A DNA stretch of 46,824 nt, taken from the IMG/VR virus record IMGVR_UViG_3300020156_000003, positions 1-46,824 of that record; one strand, 5' to 3'. The notes below the pieces were generated by a model. It did not search any database and was not told the origin of the DNA. It saw only the letters and a list, made by a program, of their open reading frames with translations. The DNA comes from a virus (taxonomy: Duplodnaviria; Heunggongvirae; Uroviricota; Caudoviricetes). Shown in pieces: positions 24,676 to 33,800 of this stretch; positions within the stretch are counted from its first letter, which is position 1; every line of letters begins with the position of its first letter. A program made the position numbers and the translations under genes.

Positions 24676-24793
24676 GAGCGACTTAGGCTCCGAACAACTC
24701 TTTAACCAAGAGTGGGTATTGCCTAAGTCGACACCTGATACGCGACTAGGCGGCACCAACTCCATTCGTGCATTTTCTGAAAGGAATTGAGCA

Positions 24794-25705
24794 ATGCCTC
24801 TGTTGCGACAAGAAGCTGAACACCTGTCGAACAACCAGCTCATTGCTGGCGTAATCGACGAAATCATCGACCGCGATGATCTCTTTGCCATCCTGCCGTT
24901 CGTGAAAACCGAAGGCAAGGCATATGTCTACAACCGTGAAGATTCCCTGGGTGGCGTCGACTGGCTGGATCCGAACGATCCGATCAACGAGTCCGCCGCT
25001 ACGTTCACCGAGCATGTCGCCAAGCTGCGCATTCTCGCTGGTGACGTGGACATCGACAAGTTCCTGGCGCAGACCATGAGCGACACCAACGACCAGATGG
25101 CGATCCAGATCGCCAAGAAGGCGAAGGTGATCGGCCGTGCGTTCCACCAGGCGCTCGCGACCGGCGACTCGACTGCCAACCCCAAGCAATTCGACGGCCT
25201 GGCGAAGATCGCATCGACCCTCGGCGCGACCCAACAAGTGTCTGCCGGCACCAACGGTAACGCACTGACCCTGACCATGCTGGACGAACTCGTTGACGCT
25301 GTGCCGAACGGCGCCGACGTGATCGTGATGCGTCGTGGCACCATCCGCGCGTATCGCGCGCTCCTGCGCGCTACCTACGGCACCGACGCTGTCATGCAGC
25401 AGCTCGAAAACTTCGGTCGTCCGATGCTGACTCACAACGGCATCCCGATCATCATGAACGAGTTCCTGGCTGGCAACGAAGTCAAGGGCAGCAACGCCAA
25501 CACCGCTTCGGTCTACGCTCTGCGTCTGAACGAAATGGACGGTCTGCATGGCCTGTATGGCGGCGACAACGCCGGCATCGTGGTCGAGAACATCGGCACG
25601 GTGCAAAACAAGGACGCGACCCGCATCCGTCTGAAGTGGTACTCCGGCCTCGCGCTGAAGTCCACTCGCTCGGTGGCTCGTCTGTCCGGCGTGACCAACA
25701 TCTAA
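24794..25705 (+). CDS. Major capsid protein
   Basis: 303 aa after the scaffold, highly biased codons, followed by a strong terminator; resembles the SSU5-type MCP from recall. Confidence 0.9.
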   Translation: MPLLRQEAEHLSNNQLIAGVIDEIIDRDDLFAILPFVKTEGKAYVYNREDSLGGVDWLDPNDPINESAATFTEHVAKLRILAGDVDIDKFLAQTMSDTNDQMAIQIAKKAKVIGRAFHQALATGDSTANPKQFDGLAKIASTLGATQQVSAGTNGNALTLTMLDELVDAVPNGADVIVMRRGTIRAYRALLRATYGTDAVMQQLENFGRPMLTHNGIPIIMNEFLAGNEVKGSNANTASVYALRLNEMDGLHGLYGGDNAGIVVENIGTVQNKDATRIRLKWYSGLALKSTRSVARLSGVTNI

Positions 25706-25707
25706 AC

Positions 25708-25740
25708 CTTGCGACTCAGTCACAAGTGACTTAGAATAGA
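25708..25740 (+). promoter_or_regulatory. 33-bp promoter/operator cassette, copy 1
   Basis: TTGCGA-17-TAGAAT with TCAGTCA-caag-TGACTTA; identical to 30059-30091. Confidence 0.85.
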
Positions 25741-25763
25741 GGCGGGCTTCGGCCCGCCTTTTT
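25741..25763 (+). terminator. Intrinsic terminator after MCP
   Basis: GGCGGGC-TTCG-GCCCGCC-TTTTT. Confidence 0.9.
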
Positions 25764-25781
25764 CATATCTGAAAGGAAAAC

Positions 25782-25976
25782 ATGAAGCTCAAGATTGTGC
25801 AGGCCGGCTATGAAAACTTCACCGGCGAAATGGGCCATATCGAGTTCAAGGACGGCGTGTCGGTGCTGGACGTGCATCCCGATTTTGCCCGCGCCATCGG
25901 CACCATCGTCCAGGTGGAGCAGGTCGTCGAGGCAGTCGAGGCGGTCGAGCAAACCGAAGAAGCCGACGAGGAGTAA
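25782..25976 (+). CDS. Small virion-associated protein, paralogue of the next gene's N-terminus
   Basis: MKLKIVQAGYENFTGEMGHIEFKDGVS; SD GAAAGGA. Confidence 0.7.
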   Translation: MKLKIVQAGYENFTGEMGHIEFKDGVSVLDVHPDFARAIGTIVQVEQVVEAVEAVEQTEEADEE

Positions 25977-25979
25977 TCC

Positions 25980-26456
25980 ATGCGCTTGAAGCTGACTCAA
26001 CCAGGCTTTGAAACCTACTCCGGACAGATGGGCGTGATTAACTTCACCGACGGCCTGTCCGACAACCATGTGCGCCCGCAGGATGCGATCCGCATGGCGG
26101 CCACCATGCTGTGCGAGTGGGAAGACGGTACGCCGGCCAATGTCGCGCAGGCCATCATCGACAACGCGCACACCGCGGCCACCGTCGAGGTTTTCAACGA
26201 GCTGACCGCCGACGCCGCGATCCGCGCGCAGCAGGCTGAAGCCAACGGCCAGAGCGACGCGCCGGCCACGCCGACGCCGGAGTGGGGCACGCTCGGGCAG
26301 ACCGTCGTCTACACGCAGGCGGAACTCGAAGCGATCGCCGACAAGGATGGCATCAAGGGCCTGCGCGCAATCGCGACGCCGCTGAACGTGCGCGGCAACT
26401 CGATCAACGAGCTGATCCGCGGCATTGTCGCGGCCAACGCCGTGACCAAGGAGTAA
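25980..26456 (+). CDS. Head-associated hypothetical protein
   Basis: MRLKLTQPGFETYSGQMGVINFTDGLS; small helical C-terminal domain. Confidence 0.7.
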   Translation: MRLKLTQPGFETYSGQMGVINFTDGLSDNHVRPQDAIRMAATMLCEWEDGTPANVAQAIIDNAHTAATVEVFNELTADAAIRAQQAEANGQSDAPATPTPEWGTLGQTVVYTQAELEAIADKDGIKGLRAIATPLNVRGNSINELIRGIVAANAVTKE

Positions 26457-26459
26457 GCA

Positions 26460-27290
26460 ATGGACGTTTTTCTCGCAGGCACCAATGTCACGCTCGTTGT
26501 GCCGCTGACCGACCGCAACGGCAACCCGTTGACGGTGTCGGCGATCGAATATCGCGTGATTGACCAGGACGGCGCGGAAGTGCTGCCTCGGGCATCCTTG
26601 ACTGGCTTTGCATCGGGCGACGCATCGGCGTCGGTCGCGGTGCCTGCCGAGAAAAACACCCTGGCTGAAGGCGTCCTGCGTGCGATGCGCACCGTGGAGC
26701 TGTATTGCACCGTGGCCGGCAATCAGATGATGCTGCACGGCCATTACGTAATCGAGACGGCAAACGTGCTGGTGGCGGGCGTCAACTCGTTCCAGAACTA
26801 CGCGCAGGCCGAGTTCACCGCACTGTCGATCCCCGGCATCCCTGGCTGGACGACAGCGCCCGAGGCTGACCGCATTGTTGCGCTGATCGAGGCCAGGCGC
26901 CGGATCCTGAAGCTGTCGTTCACCGCGCTCGCCGATACGCGCGATCAGTCCAGCCTGTTCTATGTGGCCGAGGGCAGCTACAAGACCAGCGTACCCGGCG
27001 GCATCATGGGGCTGGCCGGCGACATGGAGGAGTTAAGCGAGGCGCAGTTCAACGCGCTGCCGCCGCGCTTTCTCGAAGCGCTACGCCTGGCGCAAGTGGC
27101 CGAGGCGGACGCGATCCTCAACGGCGACCCCATCGAGCAGCGGCGCCAGAAGGGCTTGATCCTGGACGCCATCGGCGAATCCCGCCAGATGTTTCGAGAC
27201 GGAAAGCCGCTGGAGCTGCCGGTGTCCAAGCGCGCACTCGGCTACCTGGCGAAATACACGACCTTCAACAAGCGGATCGGGCGGGGCTGA
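26460..27290 (+). CDS. Putative head-tail adaptor / structural protein
   Basis: Position in the connector module; SD AAGGAG. Confidence 0.6.
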   Translation: MDVFLAGTNVTLVVPLTDRNGNPLTVSAIEYRVIDQDGAEVLPRASLTGFASGDASASVAVPAEKNTLAEGVLRAMRTVELYCTVAGNQMMLHGHYVIETANVLVAGVNSFQNYAQAEFTALSIPGIPGWTTAPEADRIVALIEARRRILKLSFTALADTRDQSSLFYVAEGSYKTSVPGGIMGLAGDMEELSEAQFNALPPRFLEALRLAQVAEADAILNGDPIEQRRQKGLILDAIGESRQMFRDGKPLELPVSKRALGYLAKYTTFNKRIGRG

Positions 27291-27934
27291 TGGACTTTGA
27301 ACTGTATGCCTCGGAAACGGCAGTCGACTACGCGGGCTTTGCGGCCGGTTTGACTGCGCGCTACTTGACGGTGCGCGCCGGCCGCGAGATCACCCCGAGC
27401 GCAGTGCATGAGTTGCGCATGAGTGGGCTGGCCGCGGTCGTATCGTTCGTCAGCCGTGCCAGCGAGCGCGCAGACCGATACCTGTATAACCTCACCAATG
27501 GCGACGCCCTGATTGCGCGTGAGCGTCACGTCAACGAGTTGCGCAGCATCGCAGTCGGGAACGCGAACGATCTCGCGACCCGGCTCATGGCCGGCACCCC
27601 GCGGCTGGCGTCGTTGCTCAACCGTGAGGCTGGCGCCATCGGGCAACTGCTGGCGGCCAAGGTTGAGACGGTCGAGCTGACCGCGACCGACCGCTCCGGA
27701 CGCCGCTGGCCGGCGGACAAGCTGGTCGCGCTGGTGGCGCGCGAGTTCGCCTATAACGCATTCATCGATCAACAGCTCGCCACCATCGGCACGGACATGG
27801 TCGAGGTCATCCATCCGGATCCCAGCCACGCCCACAACGGTGTGAAGCTTTACAAGCATGAGTTGGGCGCCTACCGGCGCGCTATCTTCCATCCGAATTC
27901 CCAGGCACAAGTGAGGGCGTATGTTCCTGCCTAA
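27290..27934 (+). CDS. Putative head morphogenesis / structural protein
   Basis: TGATG coupling; DRSGRRW...FHPNS motifs reminiscent of minor head proteins. Confidence 0.55.
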   Translation: MDFELYASETAVDYAGFAAGLTARYLTVRAGREITPSAVHELRMSGLAAVVSFVSRASERADRYLYNLTNGDALIARERHVNELRSIAVGNANDLATRLMAGTPRLASLLNREAGAIGQLLAAKVETVELTATDRSGRRWPADKLVALVAREFAYNAFIDQQLATIGTDMVEVIHPDPSHAHNGVKLYKHELGAYRRAIFHPNSQAQVRAYVPA

Positions 27935-28268
27935 CAAAACCTGTCGCATCCAGCTCTCGGCCGGCAAGGATGTCTACGGCCAGCCCAAGCCGGGGCGCTA
28001 CGTCACCGAGCGCTGCGCCATCGTCAAGCTTGTCATCACGTCCGACAAGACATCTGTGCGCGCTGACAGCAGTGCCTCGCGCGGCAACTCCAAGGAGACG
28101 GAGGCCAACTCGGTGATTCTGTTGGCGCCGACCACCGAGGCCAAGATCGACGACATCATCGACGTCGCTGGCGCCCGCCTGCAAATCGTGGGCAAGTCGC
28201 CGCAGCATGACGTGACCGGCCGCCTGGATCACTACGAGGTCATCGCGCAAATCTGGAGCAAGAAATGA
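27921..28268 (+). CDS. Putative head closure (head-tail joining) protein
   Basis: DVYGQP N-terminus, DDIIDVAG, size and position. Confidence 0.65.
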   Translation: MFLPNKTCRIQLSAGKDVYGQPKPGRYVTERCAIVKLVITSDKTSVRADSSASRGNSKETEANSVILLAPTTEAKIDDIIDVAGARLQIVGKSPQHDVTGRLDHYEVIAQIWSKK

Positions 28269-28648
28269 ATTTGATGCCACTTGCTGACCGCCTGGAGGCC
28301 GCCGGCCTTGGCACCAAGGGCGTAGACCTGTTTCTAAACATGATGCCGGCCGACGTGACCACGGCCATCATGATGCGCCCGCCGCTGCGCGGCACGCCGA
28401 TCGATTGGGAGCTTCCCGGCTTCTACAAGGCCGAGTTCCAGTTGATCGTGCGCAGTCCGTCCTACGAGGACGGCCTGGCGTTGACCAATCAGGTGGTCGA
28501 CGCGCTGACGATCATCCAGGAGGAGGTTGTCGGCCCGCTCGCCTTCAACTACTGCCGCCCGCGCACCGAGCCGGTCGCGTTTCCGATCTCCGAGGGCAAC
28601 CTCTTGGAGTTCAATGTCTATTTCGACGCCTGCTACGTGAAGGGCTGA
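28265..28648 (+). CDS. Putative tail terminator protein
   Basis: EFQLIVRSPSYEDG motif, size and position. Confidence 0.6.
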   Translation: MNLMPLADRLEAAGLGTKGVDLFLNMMPADVTTAIMMRPPLRGTPIDWELPGFYKAEFQLIVRSPSYEDGLALTNQVVDALTIIQEEVVGPLAFNYCRPRTEPVAFPISEGNLLEFNVYFDACYVKG

Positions 28649-28649
28649 T

Positions 28650-29123
28650 ATGCCGATGGTCGTCAACGGCGTCCTGTCCGTGCAGGAGATGCTGCTCAAC
28701 CTGGATCACGAAGGCGCGCGCCGCGTGGTGCGCGAGCTATACAAGCAGGCGCTCAAGACGCGCGACCTGGCGCGCAAGTTTGCGCCGGTGGACGAGGGCA
28801 ATCTGGAGGAGGCCATCAAGGTGCATCCGGACGAACTCGGCGTCAAGCGCGACGCCTTCGGTCGCTTCGCGCGCACCGAGGTCGAGGTCTACATCGACAT
28901 GGACATGCCGATCGACGGCCGCGACGGCAAGACCGTGGGCGACTATGCCTACATCCAGCATGAATGGCTGACTCCGTACGGGCCGTGGAAGCTCGGCGAG
29001 AAGTCGGTCAGGAAGCAGAATGGGCAATCCGAGCAGGTCGGCGGCGGTTTTCTGGAGCGCGCCGCGCAGGCGATCGAAGATGAAATTGAAGACGCCCTAC
29101 TGGACATCCTGAACGATTTGTAG
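28650..29123 (+). CDS. HK97 gp10-like tail completion protein
   Basis: APVDEGNL...YAYIQHE...FLERA. Confidence 0.7.
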   Translation: MPMVVNGVLSVQEMLLNLDHEGARRVVRELYKQALKTRDLARKFAPVDEGNLEEAIKVHPDELGVKRDAFGRFARTEVEVYIDMDMPIDGRDGKTVGDYAYIQHEWLTPYGPWKLGEKSVRKQNGQSEQVGGGFLERAAQAIEDEIEDALLDILNDL

Positions 29124-29126
29124 TAG

Positions 29127-29179
29127 TGGAAATAAAAGGCGTTTTGTGCTATAGTCGCCGCTCAGTCACAAGTGACTTA
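29127..29179 (+). promoter_or_regulatory. Tail tube promoter with downstream operator
   Basis: TGGAAA-17-TATAGT with extended TG; TCAGTCA-caag-TGACTTA at 29162-29179. Confidence 0.75.
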
Positions 29180-29206
29180 ACAACCTCTTTGCAAAGGAGT
29201 TTTTGA

Positions 29207-30058
29207 ATGAGTGATACCAAAAACGTCAAGCTGGGCGTTTGCAAGGCATTCTTCGACGGGAATGACCTTGGCTACACCAAGGGCGGCGTGGAAGTGACGG
29301 TTACGACCGAAACCCACAAAGTCGAAATCGACCAGTTCGGCAAGACCCCGATCAACGAATACATCATGGGCCGCAGCGTCCAGGCGAAGGTTCCGCTGGC
29401 CGAAACCACGCTGGACAACATGGTGCGCATCATGCCTGGCGCGACCCTGACCGAAACCGGCGGCAGCAAGGCGACCGGTACGATCACCATCGCCACCAAT
29501 CCGGCCGACGGCGAAACCATCCTGGTCAACGGCGCCACCTTCACCTTCAAGACCGTTGCGGCCGGCGCCAATGACGTCGCCATCGGCGGCACATCGAACG
29601 TCACCGCTACCAACCTGGCGGCCAAGTTGAATTCGTCCGTCATCGCCTCCGTCGCGAAGGCCGATTACACCGCGGCGACCAACGTCGTGACCGTCACCTA
29701 CGGCAGCAAGTCCGTCGCCGGTAACGGCTTTACCCTGGCAACCGGCACCGCCGGCGTCAAGGTCACGATGTCGGGCGCAACCCTGGCCGGCGGCGCCGAC
29801 GTGACCGAGGCGTATGTCGAAGTGACCTCCGGCGTTGGCACTGACCTGCTTTCGATCGCCAAGGAGCTGCGCCTGCACCCGGTCGCGCTGCCGGACAACG
29901 ACTACTCGGAAGACTTCGTCATTCCGCTGACCGCGACTGCCGGCGCGCTGAACTTCGCCTACAAGCTGGAAGATGAGCGCGTCTACAACGTGGAGTTCAA
30001 CGGCTACCCGGATCCGGTGACGAACAAGCTGTTCTACGTCGGCAAGGCTCCCGTGTAA
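29207..30058 (+). CDS. Major tail tube protein with an internal beta-rich insertion
   Basis: LGYTKGGVEV tube motif, strong codon bias, upstream of TAC/TMP. Confidence 0.85.
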   Translation: MSDTKNVKLGVCKAFFDGNDLGYTKGGVEVTVTTETHKVEIDQFGKTPINEYIMGRSVQAKVPLAETTLDNMVRIMPGATLTETGGSKATGTITIATNPADGETILVNGATFTFKTVAAGANDVAIGGTSNVTATNLAAKLNSSVIASVAKADYTAATNVVTVTYGSKSVAGNGFTLATGTAGVKVTMSGATLAGGADVTEAYVEVTSGVGTDLLSIAKELRLHPVALPDNDYSEDFVIPLTATAGALNFAYKLEDERVYNVEFNGYPDPVTNKLFYVGKAPV

Positions 30059-30091
30059 CTTGCGACTCAGTCACAAGTGACTTAGAATAGA
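30059..30091 (+). promoter_or_regulatory. 33-bp promoter/operator cassette, copy 2
   Basis: Identical to 25708-25740. Confidence 0.85.
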
Positions 30092-30110
30092 ACTTCCGAA
30101 ACCTAGACCA

Positions 30111-30140
30111 AGGCCGGCTGCCATTAAGCCGGCCTGTTTT
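30111..30140 (+). terminator. Intrinsic terminator after tail tube gene
   Basis: AGGCCGGCT-gccatta-AGCCGGCCT-gtttt. Confidence 0.75.
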
Positions 30141-30158
30141 ACAAGAAGGAGCTGTGAA

Positions 30159-30500
30159 ATGGCAAAGATTCTGAACGTCGACAAGCTGTCCGCCAAGTCC
30201 GACAAGGCGCGCGAACTGCGCATGAACGGCGTGGCGTACCCGGTCGTGGAAATGACCGTCGACAACTTCCTCGCCACCACCAAGACCGCCATCGCTCTGA
30301 CCAAGGATGCCGAGGCGACGATGGACATGGCCGTTGAAGCCACCATCGACGCCATTCTGCGCAGCGTCCCGAGCCTGCCGCGTGCCGAACTCGGCGGCCT
30401 GTCGCTGGCGCAGTTGAACGTCATTGCCGCCTTCGTGCGCGGCGACGAAATCGACGAAGCCGAAGATGCGCCGGAAGGCGAGGGCGAAGCGGGAAAGTAA
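30159..30500 (+). CDS. Tail assembly chaperone (gpG-like)
   Basis: Position between tube and TMP; ends at the slippery site. Confidence 0.8.
   Translation: MAKILNVDKLSAKSDKARELRMNGVAYPVVEMTVDNFLATTKTAIALTKDAEATMDMAVEATIDAILRSVPSLPRAELGGLSLAQLNVIAAFVRGDEIDEAEDAPEGEGEAGK
30491..30497 (+). promoter_or_regulatory. -1 programmed frameshift site G GGA AAG
   Basis: Same heptamer as lambda G-T; the -1 frame stays open into the 30548-30832 ORF. Confidence 0.85.
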
Positions 30501-30832
30501 GTCGCCCGAAGATTGAGGAGATCGACTTCGGTTTCTTCTTCTGTCGGGTGATGCACTTCTACGGACAGACCTACGAGGCGATGCTCGCGTTGCCTCTCAA
30601 AACCTTCTGGCTCCTGAACGAAAACATCGATCGGATCCAGGCGCAGAAGGACGCACGCTCGCTTGACCTGGCGCGGATTTCCCAAGCCGTCGGCGACGCA
30701 CCACAGCAATTCCGGCAGCAGCTCGTCATCGAGGCCGGAACGATCGTCAAGGTGGCCGAGGAAAGCCCTCTGGCGGCCAGGCGTGACGAGGCGGGATTTG
30801 CGGAGCTGAAACGGATGGCAAAGTTGATGTAA
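30491..30832 (+). CDS. Frameshift extension of tail assembly chaperone (gpT-like)
   Basis: GKVSRPKIEEIDFGFFFCRVMHFYG... in the -1 frame. Confidence 0.8.
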   Translation, partial: GKVSRPKIEEIDFGFFFCRVMHFYGQTYEAMLALPLKTFWLLNENIDRIQAQKDARSLDLARISQAVGDAPQQFRQQLVIEAGTIVKVAEESPLAARRDEAGFAELKRMAKLM

Positions 30833-30837
30833 ACGCC

Positions 30838-30855
30838 TAAGTCACCAGTGACTTT
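30838..30855. promoter_or_regulatory. Operator copy upstream of TMP
   Basis: TAAGTCA-ccag-TGACTTT. Confidence 0.7.
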
Positions 30856-30879
30856 GGCACCAAGCATGAGGTCTTGAGC

Positions 30880-33800
30880 ATGGCAATTGGTAAGGAAATC
30901 AAGGTTGTTCTGAGTCTGGACAAGGACGGGTTCTCCGTCGGACTGCGGGACGCCAACGGCCAGCTCAAGACGATCGCCAAGCAGATGGAGCAGACATCCG
31001 GCTCCGTCAAACGCATGGAAGACCACATGCACTCGTTCGGGCAGAAGATGCACCGGACGGTCATGACGCTCGGCATGGCGCGTTTTGCGCTCATGGACGT
31101 GCATGACATTTTCCTGGCCTTCCCGAAGGCGGTCTTGAAGACCGGCGGGGAGGTCGAGCGCCTGACCAAGCTGATGGAGGGGTTGTCCTCCGAAACTGAC
31201 AAGGTCAAGAAAAAGGCCGAGGCGCTGGCAAACACCAAGTTCCTGTTCAACATGGCGCAGAACGCGCCGTTCGAGGTCAAGGCCATCGGCGACGCGTTCG
31301 TGAAGCTGAAGACTGGCGGCCTCGATCCGACCAACGGCTCGCTGCAAGCGCTCATTGACGGCGTCTCCCGATTCGGCGGAACGTCCGATCACCTGCACCG
31401 CGCTTCCATTGCGATTCAGCAGATGGGCGGCAAGGGCAAGATTTCGATGGAAGAACTGCGCCAGCAGATCGGTGAAGCTGTGCCGAACGCGATGGAGGCG
31501 ATGGCGCAGGGTTTCGACATGACCGTTGCCGAGCTGGACAAGGCGGTGTCGAAGGGCACCGTGTCGGCCGCGCAGGGCTTGAAGAAGATGCTGACCGTCA
31601 TGGGAATCCAGAATGCCGGCGCCGCCGCCGAAATGATGGGCACCTGGACGGGTATGCTGGAGCAGTTGAAGACCAAGTGGGAACTGTTCAAGCTCGACAT
31701 CGGCGGTTCGGGCATGTTCGACACGTCCAAGGCTGCGCTGCAAGAGCTGCTTGACGCCTTCAACGGTGAGCAGTCGGGCGACTTTGCGCGGTCGATTGGC
31801 CGCACTATGAACGACATTGCGCTGTCGATCATCAACGCGACCAAGACGGTCGTCGAATTCCGCGAAGAAATCGGGTCGGCTGCCAAAATGTTCGTGATCT
31901 ATTGGGGCGCGGCTAAGGCTGCCGGCGCCCTGGCGGCAATCAAAGGGCAGTTTGACAGCCTGCGCGCAACGCAGGCGATGTCGGCCGCCTGGACGCAGGC
32001 GTATGCGGAGAATCAGGCGCGCAGCAAGGCCGCCTGGGCGGCCGCCAATGCCGCCGGCGTCAACAAGGTCATTGTTGAGAACCAGCGCGAGATCGCTGCC
32101 GAGAAGGCGAAGACCGCCGCGCTGCACACCGAGCAACTGCGCCAGTTGCGCAACCAGATCGCGACCAACGAGGCGATTCTGGCCGCCAACCGCAAGCGCA
32201 TTCTCGAAGCGCAACTGCTGGAGCAGGAAGTCGCGCGTAGTGCCGCGGTGCGCGCGGTCGCCGCCGGCACCGCCAATGCCGCACAGGACTTGGAGGCGCA
32301 GGTATTGATGCGCAAGGCCGAGCAGGCGCGCAACGCCGCCGACCAGGCGGGTGAATACAGCAAGAGGCTGGCGGAGCAGACCGTGGCGCTCCAGAACCAG
32401 AGGGCGGCACTGGAAAACTCCAAGCGCGCCATCTCCGACAAGGCCCGCGCACTGATGGGCCTGAACGGCCACCTGCGGATGGCCGTCGAGGCGCACAAGG
32501 AGCAGGCCGCCGCCATCACCAAGGCCAACACTGCAATGGGGCTGATGGGCAGCGCTGCGCAGACCGTCATTGGCGGCATTCGCAACATGCTGTCCGGTAT
32601 GAACGGGCTGATCATTGCCATCATGGCGGTCGCCTACGCCTGGGACTTCTTCAGTAGCAAGGCGAAGAAGGCTGCGGAGGATGCGCAGTACGCCCTGAAC
32701 ATCAAGGACATGGCCGAGCGCCAGCAGACCAACAAGGAATCGATCGAGGGTACCGAGCGCCAGATCGCCAAGGATCGCTCGAAGGTCGACGCCAACAACG
32801 TCGAGATCGCGCTGGAAAAATCCAATCCGCTCTACCATCACAAGAAAGAGGGCGCGGCCATGCGCGCGCGTGTGGAGGCGCTGGAGGCGGACAACAAGAA
32901 GCTGCTGAAGGCGATCAGTGACGCGGAGCAGGGGCTGGCTGCCGGCAAGAAGGACTTTGAGGAGCGCACCGTACAGTCGCGCGCCTACGAGTTGCAGACG
33001 GCTGCCGACACCAAGGCGCTCAAGGCGATCGACAAGCTGCAAGGCGACCGCAGCAAGATCGTCGAGGAATTCAAGAAGAAGACCGCGCCAAGCACGGCAG
33101 AAACCGAAGCCTACAAGAAATCGCTGCGTGCCAAGGATGTGGAGATCCTGGAGGCGCAGCGCACGTCGCTGCTGGCATCGGCCGAGGAATATCGCAAGCT
33201 GGCCCAGGATGCCGAGAAGACTGAGATTCAGAAGCAGTCCTACCTGGCGGCGGCCGCCGGCCTGGACAAGCGCCGCGCCGACCTGGCGGAAAACATCAAG
33301 TCCCGCACGGAAGATTTCAACCCGATGGCGGGCAAGGACGATAAGGACAAGGGCAAGGGGCTGACCCCTACTGACGACCTGCTGTCGGCGATCGCGCGCG
33401 ACAAGCGCAAGCTAACCGACGCGACGCAGGAGATGGACAAGCTCAACGGCGAGATCGTCGACGTGGCGGCACTGCGCAAGCAGGCTAACGAGCAGGTCGC
33501 GCAGATCGTCGAGCTGGATCGGCACCGTAAGATCGTTCACAAGCCGGAAGACGTGGCGCTGGCCGAGAAGCTGCGTTTTGAAAACCTGATGATCGAGGAC
33601 GCTCTCAAGCTGCAAAGCGCCATCGTGCCGAAGGTGGAGGAGCAGCGTGAGCGTCTGCGCCAGTTGCAGGAGCGGATCGCTTCGGGCGATTACCGCGAGC
33701 GCCCGGTCAGTGAGGACGAAAAGATGCTCGCGATGCTGGAGCGGCGCAAGGCGTCGCTCGCGGACGCCGCCGCGGCGATGGATCCGGTCATCGCCAAGCA

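Noticed and set aside
30571-33042. 823-aa minus-strand ORF
   Set aside because: Antisense shadow of the tape measure gene in high-GC DNA; no recognisable motifs
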